From IMG/VR virus record IMGVR_UViG_3300025889_000071: a stretch of 64,000 nt of DNA, one strand, 5' to 3'. This document shows positions 1-10,253 of this stretch, piece after piece. Numbering within the stretch: the stretch's first letter is position 1; each line of letters begins with the position of its first letter. A program made the translations under genes and the position numbers. The notes under the pieces are model-generated. The model did not search any database. It saw only the letters and a program-made list of their open reading frames with translations, and was not told where the DNA came from. Origin of the DNA: a virus (lineage: Duplodnaviria > Caudoviricetes).

Positions 1-2
1 CC

Positions 3-452
3 AAATATCAATTATTTTTAAATGACGTTTATTATTGGGGTTCGACAGAACTTTTATCTTATTCAATGGTAAAAACATATCTTGAAGATATTAATTTTTT
101 ACTTACTACACAAAAACAAATTAGATATAATAAGAGACAAGATAGACTTTATTTGGATATTGATTGGAATACGGTAAATGCCGGAGACTTTTTTATCATC
201 GATTGTTTTTCTGTTTTAGATCCAAATTCATATTCTGAAGTATGGAATGATTCTTTTTTGAAAAAATATGTGACTTCACTGATTAAGAAACAGTGGGGCC
301 AAAATTTAATTAAATTTCAAGGCGTAAAACTTCCCGGTGGTGTGGAGCTTAATGGAAGACAGTTATATGATGATGCTCAAAAAGAAATAGACGACCTAAT
401 GGAAAAAATGTCAAATACATACGAACTTCCTCCATTAGATATGATTGGTTAA
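3..452 (+). CDS. gp13: Neck protein gp13, 5'-truncated by window edge
   Basis: Frame is open from base 3 (KYQLFLNDVYYW...). C-terminus WLKKYxTSLIKKQWGQNLIKFQGVKLPGGVELNGRQLYDDA-like and position before gp14 match T4-like gp13. Confidence 0.9.
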   Translation, partial: KYQLFLNDVYYWGSTELLSYSMVKTYLEDINFLLTTQKQIRYNKRQDRLYLDIDWNTVNAGDFFIIDCFSVLDPNSYSEVWNDSFLKKYVTSLIKKQWGQNLIKFQGVKLPGGVELNGRQLYDDAQKEIDDLMEKMSNTYELPPLDMIG

Positions 453-456
453 TGCT

Positions 457-1878
457 ATGCTAAATCCATTTTTTCTACAAGGGTCGCAAACAGAGCAAGG
501 TCTGGTTCAAGATCTCATAAATGAGCAATTGAGAATGTATGGTGTAGAAGTACATTATATTCCTAGAAAATATGCAACTGAAAAGACAATAATCCAAGAA
601 GTCATTCAATCAAAATTTGATCAGGCTCATCCTATTGAGGCATATGTCAATAATTATGAAGGGTATGGTGATAATACAACTATCCTTTCAAAGTTTGGTA
701 TACAAGCAACAAATGAAATTGAATTGATAATTTCTAAAGAAAGATATGAGCAATATATATCACCATTACTCAAAGATAGGTCTAACGTAAAACTAACTAC
801 TCGGCCAAAAGAAGGAGACTTAATTTATTTTCCACTAGGCGATAGGATTTTTGAAATTAAGTTTGTTGAGCACGAAAAACCATTCTATCAACTTAGAAAA
901 AACTATGTTTATGTTCTGAAATGTGAACTATTCAGAATGGAACAAAATGATATCCTCGATACGGGTATTTCAGAAGTTGATGATGTTCTTACAGGAATCT
1001 CAACAAATTTAGACGATGGTTATGTCTCATTTGGTAGTGTACAAACTTTAAATATGGTTGGTGCAGGAGTGACTGCAACTGCATCCATATCTCAAGTGTT
1101 AAATGGATCAATTCAATATATTACAGTCACTAATCGTGGTGGTGGGTATTCAAGTGCACCAACAGTTGCTATATCCTCTGCACCTTCTGGAGGAACTACT
1201 GGAATAGCAACGGCAGTGATGATTAGTGGTATTGTTGTATGTACAGACAATACTAATCCTAACGCAAAGTCTGTTCAATCAGTTAATTTAGTTAATCCTG
1301 GTAGTGGTTATACCACTGCACCTGGAATTAGATTCATTGGAGGTGGTGGAAGTGGTGCAGCTGCGACTTCTATGATATCTACAGGTTCTATTGGTCCAAT
1401 TACAGTTTCGAATGCTGGATCTGGTTATACTGTTGCCCCACCTGTCACGTTTACAGGAATTTCCACAGTATCAGCCGCTGCCACTGCGGTGGTGAGTTCT
1501 GCAGGAACAATTACTGCAATTAATATTACAAATACTGGTACTGGATATACTGAAGCACCAACGGTCACCATAGGATCTCCATATTTGTCTGGAATTGGAA
1601 CTTATATTTTCAATGAAGTTATTACAGGTTCTACTAGTGGAACAACAGCAAGAGTTAGATCTTGGAATGTAAATACTAGTGTTCTTGAAATTGCTTCTGC
1701 TAGTGGAGAATTTGTTTCCGGAGAAACTGTCGTTGGTGAAGATTCTGAAGCATCTTATATGATAAGAACGATAACTGAATTTGAGGCATCAGATGGATTT
1801 AGTAGTAATGATGATATAGAGACAGAAGCTGATGCAATTATCGACTTTTCAGAGGGAAATCCTTTTGGTCAGGCATAA
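457..1878 (+). CDS. gp14: Neck protein gp14 with internal G(S/G/T)GY-x-x-AP repeat insertion
   Basis: MLNPFFLQG start, EIKFVEHEKPFYQL motif, C-terminal IIDFSEGNPFG, synteny gp13-gp14-gp15. ATG at 457 preferred over TTG at 445. Confidence 0.9.
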   Translation: MLNPFFLQGSQTEQGLVQDLINEQLRMYGVEVHYIPRKYATEKTIIQEVIQSKFDQAHPIEAYVNNYEGYGDNTTILSKFGIQATNEIELIISKERYEQYISPLLKDRSNVKLTTRPKEGDLIYFPLGDRIFEIKFVEHEKPFYQLRKNYVYVLKCELFRMEQNDILDTGISEVDDVLTGISTNLDDGYVSFGSVQTLNMVGAGVTATASISQVLNGSIQYITVTNRGGGYSSAPTVAISSAPSGGTTGIATAVMISGIVVCTDNTNPNAKSVQSVNLVNPGSGYTTAPGIRFIGGGGSGAAATSMISTGSIGPITVSNAGSGYTVAPPVTFTGISTVSAAATAVVSSAGTITAINITNTGTGYTEAPTVTIGSPYLSGIGTYIFNEVITGSTSGTTARVRSWNVNTSVLEIASASGEFVSGETVVGEDSEASYMIRTITEFEASDGFSSNDDIETEADAIIDFSEGNPFGQA

Positions 1879-1880
1879 AG

Positions 1881-1888
1881 TATAAATA
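1881..1888 (+). promoter_or_regulatory. T4-type late promoter TATAAATA
   Basis: Exact gp55 consensus 28 nt upstream of the gp15 start. Confidence 0.8.
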
Positions 1889-1916
1889 GAACTTATTGGC
1901 CCTCTAAAGTGTAGAA

Positions 1917-2921
1917 ATGTTTGATTATTTTTATCACGAAATTTTTAGAAAAACAATCATTGCTTTTGGAACATTATTCAACAGCATAGAAATTAGGCAG
2001 ACAAATTCTGCAGATTCTGTTGTTAATATAATGAAAGTGCCTCTTGCATATGGGCCCACACAGAAGTTTTTAGCAAGACTTGAGCAATCTCCGGATTTAA
2101 ATAAACCAACTCAAATGACACTACCAAGAATGTCATTTGAATTTACTGGTGTTACATATGATCCTTCTAGAAAAATTACCGCAACTCAACAATTTGTTGT
2201 AAAAAATCCAAATGATGGATCGGACGTTAAGAAATCGTTCATGCCTGTTCCATATAATATGCAGTTTGAATTGAGTATTATGACAAAACTCAATGATGAT
2301 GCTTTGCAAATAGTTGAGCAAATTCTTCCATATTTTCAACCAGCATATAATCTATCAGTGACTCTCGTAGAATCTGGAATAAATGAGAAAAGGGATATTC
2401 CCATTGTTTTAGAAAATGTCACAATGCAAGATGATTATGAGGGCGATTATTCTACAAGAAGAGTTCTTCTTTACACATTGAGGTTTAGTGCAAAGACGTA
2501 TCTTTTTGGACCTGTTTCTTCTGCATCCAAGGATATTATCAAGTCTTCAACAATCAGTTATATTACTGGTACAGATACTACAAATACCACAAGAAATCTT
2601 TCTTACACGGCCGTCCCAAGAGCAATTAAGAATTATAGTGGTGATGTATTAACCAATCTAACATCAGATATTGTAAAAACAGACACATCTATTGAAGTTG
2701 ATGATGCAAGTTCTATTACAAATAAAACGTATCTTGATTTGGAAGGAGAGCAAATATTTGTCACTCGAATTGATGGCAATACTATGACAGTGGAAAGGGG
2801 TAAAGATGGCACTACTATTACAGATCATCTTCGTGGTGCTCCGATAAAACCAATTACAGCAACCGATAATGCACTTGTCGAATTTGGAGATGATTTTGGT
2901 TTTGATGGTACTATAAGTTAA
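1917..2921 (+). CDS. gp15: Tail sheath stabiliser / tail terminator gp15
   Basis: MFDYFYHEIFRKTIIAFGTLFN, VPLAYGPTQKFLARL, LPRMSFE, QILPYFQP motifs and synteny. Confidence 0.92.
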   Translation: MFDYFYHEIFRKTIIAFGTLFNSIEIRQTNSADSVVNIMKVPLAYGPTQKFLARLEQSPDLNKPTQMTLPRMSFEFTGVTYDPSRKITATQQFVVKNPNDGSDVKKSFMPVPYNMQFELSIMTKLNDDALQIVEQILPYFQPAYNLSVTLVESGINEKRDIPIVLENVTMQDDYEGDYSTRRVLLYTLRFSAKTYLFGPVSSASKDIIKSSTISYITGTDTTNTTRNLSYTAVPRAIKNYSGDVLTNLTSDIVKTDTSIEVDDASSITNKTYLDLEGEQIFVTRIDGNTMTVERGKDGTTITDHLRGAPIKPITATDNALVEFGDDFGFDGTIS

Positions 2922-2934
2922 GTAATTAAAAAAT

Positions 2935-3363
2935 ATGACTAAAAAGTATGAAGATTTGAGCGATGCTTTTAATGTAGAAGCAGAAATAGTTCCTGAAAAA
3001 GAAAATGACATGAATGTACCTGTAATAACACCTGATGAAAAAAAGATTTCAAATGATGTTCAAAAAGATTATGAATATACGAGAGGAAATTTATATTCGA
3101 TAATTGAAAAAGGTCAAGAAGCAATTAATGGTATTCTTGAGTTAGCTCAAGAAACGGAGCAACCAAGGGCATATGAAGTTGCTGGTCAATTAATTAAAAG
3201 TGTTTCAGATGCGACAGATAAATTAATGGAACTTCAGAAAAAACTAAAGGATGTTGAGGAAGATAAAGGTTCAAAAGGTCCAACAAATGTTACTAATGCA
3301 CTCTTTGTTGGTTCTACAGCAGAATTAGCTAAACTCTTGAAAAAACAAAACGAAGATAAATAA
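2935..3363 (+). CDS. gp16: Terminase small subunit gp16
   Basis: DYEYTRGNLY, PRAYEVAGQLIK, NNALFVGSTAEL-like motifs; position after gp15. Confidence 0.92.
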   Translation: MTKKYEDLSDAFNVEAEIVPEKENDMNVPVITPDEKKISNDVQKDYEYTRGNLYSIIEKGQEAINGILELAQETEQPRAYEVAGQLIKSVSDATDKLMELQKKLKDVEEDKGSKGPTNVTNALFVGSTAELAKLLKKQNEDK

Positions 3364-3382
3364 CTAAAAATACAAGTGTGTC

Positions 3383-3715
3383 ATGGCAGCAACATCGGTA
3401 AATTTAACAATAGATAAAGGAACCGACTTTGAGGCAACTTTTAATCTAACAAATAGTGATGAATCGATTGCAAATTTGGCAAGTTCTTCAATATCTGCAA
3501 AAATTAAAAAACATCCAACAGCATCTTCTTCAGTATCTTTTGCATCAACCATAACTGAAGCAACGGGAAAAGTTATAATATCAATGGCATCCACAGTTAC
3601 TTCAGAATTAAGTTCTGGAAGAAATTACTACGATGTTTTGTTGACTGATAGTGGAGGTTCTGTATCAAAAGTTATTCAAGGTATGGTTTTAGTTAATGAT
3701 TCTGTATCATCATGA
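3383..3715 (+). CDS. Small beta-rich virion structural protein (baseplate/fibre adaptor-like)
   Basis: NLTIDKGTDF...GRNYYDVLLTD pattern common in cyanophage structural ORFs; late promoter TAAATA at 3357-3362. Confidence 0.6.
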   Translation: MAATSVNLTIDKGTDFEATFNLTNSDESIANLASSSISAKIKKHPTASSSVSFASTITEATGKVIISMASTVTSELSSGRNYYDVLLTDSGGSVSKVIQGMVLVNDSVSS

Positions 3716-4041
3716 CAGAATACAACGTATCTTTAACAAGTTCAGAATATAGCATTTCTTTAGATACCCAGTCTTCTTTAACAGTATCTAGTGTTAGTAT
3801 AGGAGCAACAGCTGTGCCTGCAAAATTTTCAGATCTTTCAGATTTTAATGGAGATTCAGTATCTGATAAGTACGTAATTATGTACAATTCGTCAACACAA
3901 ACTTATGAGGCAGTCAATCCTGATGAAATATTTACAGCTGCTGTAAATGAAACCTCATCTCCAGGAATATCTACTGTATTTTTAAATCAATTGGGAAGTG
4001 ATTTAGATAATCAAATAGATGTTGATGCTGGGACTTTCTGA
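3712..4041 (+). CDS. Hypothetical virion-associated protein
   Basis: ATGA overlap with the upstream gene; ends IDVDAGTF, a typical phage fibre-associated DxGxF motif. Confidence 0.6.
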   Translation: MTEYNVSLTSSEYSISLDTQSSLTVSSVSIGATAVPAKFSDLSDFNGDSVSDKYVIMYNSSTQTYEAVNPDEIFTAAVNETSSPGISTVFLNQLGSDLDNQIDVDAGTF

Positions 4042-4045
4042 AAGA

Positions 4046-4051
4046 TAAATA
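4046..4051 (+). promoter_or_regulatory. Late promoter TAAATA (second copy at 4084-4089)
   Basis: Intergenic, upstream of the fibre gene. Confidence 0.6.
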
Positions 4052-4108
4052 TTTTTAATGCCTGGTATATACTAGGTTTAAGGTAAATACCATCAATGAG
4101 GAAGTTGA

Positions 4109-7100
4109 ATGGCTGACCCAACGATAAGAATTAAAAGGTCTTCTGTCGCCGGAAAAATTCCGACAGGAGACCAATTATCTTTAGGAGAAATAGCCCTAAA
4201 CACATATGATGGTAAGTTTTACGCTTCTAAAAATGTTGGTATTGGAACTACAGTATTTGCAGTCAATACATGGTCTGCTGGAGTAGGGACTAATTATTAT
4301 GATACTTATTTTACTGAAGGTAATGTTGGAATAGGAACGACAATACCAACATCAAAACTTCATGTTGGTGGTGATATTTTAGTATCTGGGTTTTCGACAG
4401 TAAGTAATATTAAAATTGAAAATTCACTATATGATTCAAACAATAACGTAGGTTCATCTGGATCGGTATTAAGTTCCACAGGTTCCAATTTAATCTGGAT
4501 ATCTCAAGTTGCTGGAAATCAAGGTTTCCAAGGTGCACAAGGTAATCAAGGATATCAAGGAAACACAGGATCTCAAGGTGCCGCAGGGTCTACAGGTGCA
4601 CAGGGTTCACAAGGAACTTCAGGATCCCAAGGTAATCAAGGAAATCAGGGCGATACTGGAGTACAAGGTTCTACTGGAGCACAAGGTGCCACAGGTTCTC
4701 AAGGTGCTACTGGAGCTCAAGGTGCTACTGGTGCTCAAGGAGATGTTGGTGCACAGGGTAATCAAGGTAATCAAGGTAATCAAGGAACTTCAGGATCCCA
4801 AGGTAATCAAGGTAATCAAGGCGATACTGGTGCTCAAGGTGCACAAGGTGCCACAGGTGCTCAAGGAGACACTGGTGCTCAAGGTGCTCAAGGCGATACT
4901 GGAGCTCAAGGTAATGAAGGCGATACTGGAGCTCAAGGAGACACAGGTGCTCAAGGTAATCAAGGAGACACTGGTGCTCAAGGCAATCAAGGTAATCAAG
5001 GTAATCAAGGTGCTACAGGAACCCAAGGTAATCAAGGTAATCAAGGAGACACTGGTGCTCAAGGCAATCAAGGCGATACGGGAGCTCAAGGTGCCACAGG
5101 TGCTCAAGGAAATCAGGGCAATGATGGAAATTTTGGTGGTGCTACCTTTGATTATACATTTAGCACTACAACAACAGATTCTGATCCCGGTCAGGGAAAT
5201 TTAAGATTTAACAATGCTACTTTATCATCAGCTACATTAATGTATATTGATGATGAAGATGATAATGGAACTGACATACAATCATTTTTAAGAACTATTG
5301 ATGATTCCACTTCTACAATTAAGGGACATGTTAGAGTATCTAATAAATTAGACGCTAGTGATTTTGCACTGTTTACAATTAGTGGAACAAATGTAGAAGC
5401 AACTGGATATCATAAAGTAACTGTAACTTTTGTTTCTGGGAGTGCATCTTCATTTAGTGATAGTGAAGATATAATAGTTACCTTTGCTAGAACTGGTAAT
5501 ATTGGTGACACTGGAGCTCAAGGTGCTCAAGGTAATCAAGGTGCTACAGGCACTGGTGCTCAAGGAGACACTGGTGCTCAAGGTAATCAAGGACATCAAG
5601 GTCTTACTGGATCTGGAGCTCAAGGTGCTCAAGGAGATACAGGAGCTCAAGGTAATCAAGGCGATACGGGAGCTCAAGGTGCCACAGGTGCTCAAGGTAA
5701 TCAAGGCGATACTGGAGCTCAAGGTAATCAAGGCGATACTGGAGCTCAAGGAGACACTGGTGCTCAAGGTAATCAAGGAGATACTGGAGCACAAGGTAAT
5801 CAAGGCGATACGGGAGCTCAAGGTGCCACAGGTGCTCAAGGTGCTCAAGGAGATGTTGGTGCACAAGGTAATCAAGGACATCAAGGTGATACAGGAGCAC
5901 AAGGTAATCAAGGAGATACTGGAGCACAAGGTGCCACAGGTGCTCAAGGAAATCAAGGTAATCAAGGTAATCAAGGCAATCAAGGTAATCAAGGAAATAC
6001 TGGCGATACTGGTGCTCAAGGTGCCACAGGAAATACTGGTGCTCAAGGTGCACAAGGCAATCAAGGAAATCAGGGATATCAGGGAGATCAAGGTGATAAA
6101 GGAGGTCTTTTATATCTCTTTGATGGTGCAAGTCAGGCAAGTGACCCATCTAATGGAGATGTTAGATTTAACAATGCTACATTTGGTTCTGTAACAATAG
6201 TATATGTTGATGGACTAACATCAGATGCAGCAAATATAGAAACTTATGTTGATACTTGGGGAGATTCTACCAATACCGTTAAAGGTCATTTAATTATAAA
6301 ATCAAATACAAATTCGGATGTAACATATTGTATTTTTGAAGTTACTGGGGTTAGTGCACAAACTGGATGGACTAATATTAATGTCCAAAACCCAGTAGGG
6401 TCTGCACCATCAGATAATGAATCAATAGTTCTTGAATTTATTAGATCTGGTGATATAGGTGCTCAAGGTGCTCAAGGAGCACAGGGAAATCAAGGATATC
6501 AAGGTGATACTGGAGCTCAAGGTAATCAGGGCCATCAAGGAGACACAGGTGCTCAAGGCAATCAAGGTAATCAAGGAGACACTGGTGCTCAAGGTGCCAC
6601 AGGTGCTCAAGGAGATGTTGGTGCACAAGGTAATCAAGGTAATCAGGGAGATGTAGGTGCTCAAGGTGCACAAGGTGCCACAGGTGCTCAAGGAGATGTT
6701 GGTGCTCAAGGTAATCAAGGACATCAAGGACATCAAGGTGCCACAGGTGCTCAAGGAGACGTTGGTGCACAAGGTAATCAAGGCAATCAAGGTAATCAAG
6801 GTGCCACAGGTGCTCAAGGAGACACCGGAGCTCAAGGTAATCAAGGACATCAAGGAGACACTGGTGCTCAAGGTAATCAAGGACATCAAGGTGATACCGG
6901 AGCTCAAGGTAATCAAGGGCATCAAGGAGACACCGGAGCTCAAGGTAATCAAGGGCATCAAGGTGATACCGGAGCACAGGGAAATCAAGGATATCAAGGT
7001 GATACCGGAGCACAGGGAAATCAAGGATATCAAGGTGATACTGGAGCACAGGGTAATCAAGGACATCAAGGAGACACCGGAGCTCAAGGTAATCAAGGAC

Positions 7101-8971
7101 ATCAAGGTGATACTGGAGCACAGGGTAATCAAGGACATCAAGGAGACACCGGAGCTCAAGGTAATCAAGGTTATCAAGGCAATCAGGGCACTGAAGGTAA
7201 TTTCGGTGGTGCCACATTCTATTACACCTTTGAAACAAATACTACAGATGCCAATCCTGGTGCTGGAGATTTAAGATTAGACAACTCTACGCAAAATGCT
7301 GCAACTGGTATCTATATCTGTGATACTGATGAGAGCGGTAATGATATATCATCTTATCTACAAACTATTGATGACTCTACGAGCACTATCAAGGGCCATG
7401 TCAAAATTTCAAACAAAACAGACGCAAGTCAATTCATATTATTCACAATTTCCAGCCTGACTGACAACACTGGTTATTTTGATATTACAGTAAGTCCTGT
7501 TGACTCATCAGCAACCAATCCATTTAGTGATGGTGAAGACATTATCATTACTTTTGCTAGAACTGGTGATAAAGGAGACACTGGAGCTCAAGGCAATCAA
7601 GGTTATCAAGGTAACACTGGAGCACAAGGAGACACTGGTGCTCAAGGTAATCAAGGTAACACTGGAGCACAAGGAGACACTGGTGCTCAAGGTAATCAAG
7701 GTAATCAAGGTGATACTGGTGCTCAAGGTAATCAAGGTAATCAAGGACATCAAGGAGACACTGGTGCTCAAGGTAATCAAGGACATCAAGGTGATACCGG
7801 AGCTCAAGGTAATCAAGGTCATCAAGGAGACACCGGAGCTCAAGGTAATCAAGGGCATCAAGGAGACACTGGTGCTCAAGGTAATCAAGGACATCAAGGA
7901 GACACTGGTGCTCAAGGTAATCAAGGACATCAAGGACATCAAGGTGATACGGGTGCACAAGGAGATGTTGGTGCACAAGGTAATCAAGGACATCAAGGAC
8001 ATCAAGGTGATACGGGTGCACAAGGAGATGTTGGTGCACAAGGTAATCAAGGACATCAAGGACATCAAGGTGATACTGGTGCACAAGGTAATCAAGGACA
8101 TCAAGGACATCAAGGTGATACCGGAGCACAGGGAAATCAAGGATATCAAGGTGATACTGGAGCACAGGGTAATCAAGGACATCAAGGTGATACCGGAGCA
8201 CAGGGAAATCAAGGTTATCAAGGCGATGATGGTGCTCAAGGATTCCAAGGTGAAGCTGGAGGTGGAGGCGGCGGTGGTGGATTTGACACCGGAATCACAA
8301 CCTCTGCTTATGCTTCTTCATCGGATGATATTGATGGATTCACTGCTATTGGTGTCACTTTCCCGGCAACTGCAAGTAAGAGATATGTCATTGAAAGTGT
8401 GCACATCACAAATGTGACAGCAAGTGATTTGTATGTGACCACTAGAATGGATTATGATGGTGGACAGAATGTTCCAATCACGAATAAAATTATTGTTCCT
8501 TATCAAGGTGCACTAGAAGTTGTTGATCAACCACTGGTCGCAAATCCATCAGACAATCTTCGTTTTGCTTCTTATGCTGGTCTCGGAACTAATCCTGCAG
8601 GAGTTGCAAATGGTCTTGATTGTTGGATTACATATAAGCAAGATGATGCAACGGATTATATTGGAATCGGTTCAAATATTACTGCAACCACAGATCAAAC
8701 AGTCTTTACTTCTGTCACTAATCCATCAGTAATTAATACGATTGTGCTTGCAAATTATAGTGATACTGTAGATGTTGATGCATCTATTTCTATTTTCAGA
8801 GGTGGTTCTGTTCGTGTTGGATATCTGGCATATAATCTTACGATTCCTCAAAACAGCAATGTTCAGATTCTTCCAAGACAAAAGAGAATCGAAGCCACTG
8901 ATACAATTGTTGCCACAGCATCAGTTGCAAATGCTTTAACTGTGAATGTTGCAGGCAAATATATAACCTGA
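4109..8971 (+). CDS. Collagen-like tail fibre/spike protein, 1620 aa
   Basis: N-terminus [14 protein letters not shown]...[16 protein letters not shown] (Mtd N-terminal-like fibre anchor), [16 protein letters not shown] motif, four long Gly-X-Y tracts, three copies of a ~120-aa globular domain, C-terminal beta-rich domain. Confidence 0.85.
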   Translation: MADPTIRIKRSSVAGKIPTGDQLSLGEIALNTYDGKFYASKNVGIGTTVFAVNTWSAGVGTNYYDTYFTEGNVGIGTTIPTSKLHVGGDILVSGFSTVSNIKIENSLYDSNNNVGSSGSVLSSTGSNLIWISQVAGNQGFQGAQGNQGYQGNTGSQGAAGSTGAQGSQGTSGSQGNQGNQGDTGVQGSTGAQGATGSQGATGAQGATGAQGDVGAQGNQGNQGNQGTSGSQGNQGNQGDTGAQGAQGATGAQGDTGAQGAQGDTGAQGNEGDTGAQGDTGAQGNQGDTGAQGNQGNQGNQGATGTQGNQGNQGDTGAQGNQGDTGAQGATGAQGNQGNDGNFGGATFDYTFSTTTTDSDPGQGNLRFNNATLSSATLMYIDDEDDNGTDIQSFLRTIDDSTSTIKGHVRVSNKLDASDFALFTISGTNVEATGYHKVTVTFVSGSASSFSDSEDIIVTFARTGNIGDTGAQGAQGNQGATGTGAQGDTGAQGNQGHQGLTGSGAQGAQGDTGAQGNQGDTGAQGATGAQGNQGDTGAQGNQGDTGAQGDTGAQGNQGDTGAQGNQGDTGAQGATGAQGAQGDVGAQGNQGHQGDTGAQGNQGDTGAQGATGAQGNQGNQGNQGNQGNQGNTGDTGAQGATGNTGAQGAQGNQGNQGYQGDQGDKGGLLYLFDGASQASDPSNGDVRFNNATFGSVTIVYVDGLTSDAANIETYVDTWGDSTNTVKGHLIIKSNTNSDVTYCIFEVTGVSAQTGWTNINVQNPVGSAPSDNESIVLEFIRSGDIGAQGAQGAQGNQGYQGDTGAQGNQGHQGDTGAQGNQGNQGDTGAQGATGAQGDVGAQGNQGNQGDVGAQGAQGATGAQGDVGAQGNQGHQGHQGATGAQGDVGAQGNQGNQGNQGATGAQGDTGAQGNQGHQGDTGAQGNQGHQGDTGAQGNQGHQGDTGAQGNQGHQGDTGAQGNQGYQGDTGAQGNQGYQGDTGAQGNQGHQGDTGAQGNQGHQGDTGAQGNQGHQGDTGAQGNQGYQGNQGTEGNFGGATFYYTFETNTTDANPGAGDLRLDNSTQNAATGIYICDTDESGNDISSYLQTIDDSTSTIKGHVKISNKTDASQFILFTISSLTDNTGYFDITVSPVDSSATNPFSDGEDIIITFARTGDKGDTGAQGNQGYQGNTGAQGDTGAQGNQGNTGAQGDTGAQGNQGNQGDTGAQGNQGNQGHQGDTGAQGNQGHQGDTGAQGNQGHQGDTGAQGNQGHQGDTGAQGNQGHQGDTGAQGNQGHQGHQGDTGAQGDVGAQGNQGHQGHQGDTGAQGDVGAQGNQGHQGHQGDTGAQGNQGHQGHQGDTGAQGNQGYQGDTGAQGNQGHQGDTGAQGNQGYQGDDGAQGFQGEAGGGGGGGGFDTGITTSAYASSSDDIDGFTAIGVTFPATASKRYVIESVHITNVTASDLYVTTRMDYDGGQNVPITNKIIVPYQGALEVVDQPLVANPSDNLRFASYAGLGTNPAGVANGLDCWITYKQDDATDYIGIGSNITATTDQTVFTSVTNPSVINTIVLANYSDTVDVDASISIFRGGSVRVGYLAYNLTIPQNSNVQILPRQKRIEATDTIVATASVANALTVNVAGKYIT
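4517..8257 (+). repeat. Four coding Gly-X-Y tracts (approx 4517-5128, 5498-6100, 6452-7198, 7568-8257)
   Basis: 9-nt units ggtaatcaa / ggtgctcaa / ggagacact / ggacatcaa encoding [12 protein letters not shown]. Confidence 0.95.
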
Positions 8972-8998
8972 TATAATTAGAATATTTGATTTGAATAT

Positions 8999-9577
8999 AT
9001 GTTTAATATTAAACAGGGGGATATTTTTCCTACCAGGTTTTATAGTGTAGATATTTTTGAGCACGATGAAAATCAAAAATATAAAAACTTTTTGATTGAT
9101 ATGTCGAAAAAGACACCCGGAACTGTGAGGAGTAATCGTGGTGGGTGGCAGAGTGAAACAAATTTGTGGGAACATGAAGTATTCAAACCACTACTAGAAA
9201 AGACGACGGCAATTACTCAAAGTATTATTGAAAATTTATCAAAGAATCGTCCACAGATGGTGATTCGTTCAATGTGGGGTAATATAAATCCAAAAGGTGG
9301 AATGAACTTTACCCATGTTCATCCATCTGGCTGGATGAGTGGAGTTTACTATATACAATTGCCACAGGGAACAGATGTAATTAACTTTGAGGATCCAAGA
9401 CCTGCAAGAATGATGGATTTTCAAATGTCTTGTATTGTGAACGATGAATACTTTGCACACAATCCTAAAGTTGGTGAACTGCTTTTGTTTCCTTCTTGGC
9501 TTCCACACTTTGTTCTTCCAAATACATCTGATGAAGAACGAATTTCAATCTCATTTAATATCGAACTAATAGTATGA
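8999..9577 (+). CDS. 2OG-Fe(II) oxygenase, TIGR02466-like
   Basis: HVHP...SGVYY...FEDPRP...LLLFPSWLPH...RISISFN gives an HxH...H...R double-stranded beta-helix signature. Confidence 0.85.
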   Translation: MFNIKQGDIFPTRFYSVDIFEHDENQKYKNFLIDMSKKTPGTVRSNRGGWQSETNLWEHEVFKPLLEKTTAITQSIIENLSKNRPQMVIRSMWGNINPKGGMNFTHVHPSGWMSGVYYIQLPQGTDVINFEDPRPARMMDFQMSCIVNDEYFAHNPKVGELLLFPSWLPHFVLPNTSDEERISISFNIELIV

Positions 9578-10233
9578 GCGTTTTAATTGCACTGCCTTGT
9601 TATGGTGGAATCGTTAGTGATAAGACTGCCAAAGGGTTATTTAATCTTGGAAAAGAATTAAGAACAAATCAAATTGATCATGGATTAATCACTCTGGCAA
9701 ATGAGAGTTTGATTACCAAAGGTCGGTCAAGAATTGCCAACTTCTTTATCAATAACACACAATATGAATATGTAATGTTTATTGATGCGGACATTGGATT
9801 TGAACCACAAGATGTATTAAAACTTTTATCATATCAAAGAGATATTGTTTGTGGAGCTTATCCTATGAAGAGTATTCCATTACAATACAATTATAATATT
9901 TCACAACCACCATTAGCAGAGGATGGATTGATTAAGATTGATAGTATTGGATTTGGGTTTGCTCTTATTCACCGTAGAGTTTTTGATAAAATTCGTGAGA
10001 ACTATGAGGATTTAAAATATACTCCTTCACTGGGACACTCATCTTATCCAATCACAGAAGCAGAATATCATAATTCATATCATTATTTTAATGAACTCAA
10101 AAAAGATATGGCATTCTTACCAGAGGATTTTTCATTCTTTGAGAGAGCAAGTAGTGTTGGATTTACATCATGGTTAGACACAAGTATTAAATTGTGTCAT
10201 GTTGGTTCTCATGTCTTCCAGGAGAATAAATAA
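9574..10233 (+). CDS. GT-A fold glycosyltransferase (GT2-like)
   Basis: VLIALPCY, ESLITKGRSRI, MFIDADIGF (DxD), EDFSFFER, LCHVG. Confidence 0.75.
   Translation: MSVLIALPCYGGIVSDKTAKGLFNLGKELRTNQIDHGLITLANESLITKGRSRIANFFINNTQYEYVMFIDADIGFEPQDVLKLLSYQRDIVCGAYPMKSIPLQYNYNISQPPLAEDGLIKIDSIGFGFALIHRRVFDKIRENYEDLKYTPSLGHSSYPITEAEYHNSYHYFNELKKDMAFLPEDFSFFERASSVGFTSWLDTSIKLCHVGSHVFQENK
10227..10232 (+). promoter_or_regulatory. Late promoter TAAATA
   Basis: Just upstream of the first Kelch-like gene. Confidence 0.6.
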
Positions 10234-10253
10234 AAAAAATAGTGTACTGATAA

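Noticed and set aside
3364-3594. Minus-strand 76-aa ORF
   Set aside because: It is the antisense shadow of the better-supported + strand ORF at 3383-3715.
4509-8417. Many long alternative-frame and antisense ORFs over the collagen gene (LKVIK-, LITL-, LDYL-rich)
   Set aside because: They are by-products of the 9-nt repeat lacking stop codons in other frames; low-complexity translations with no independent start signals.
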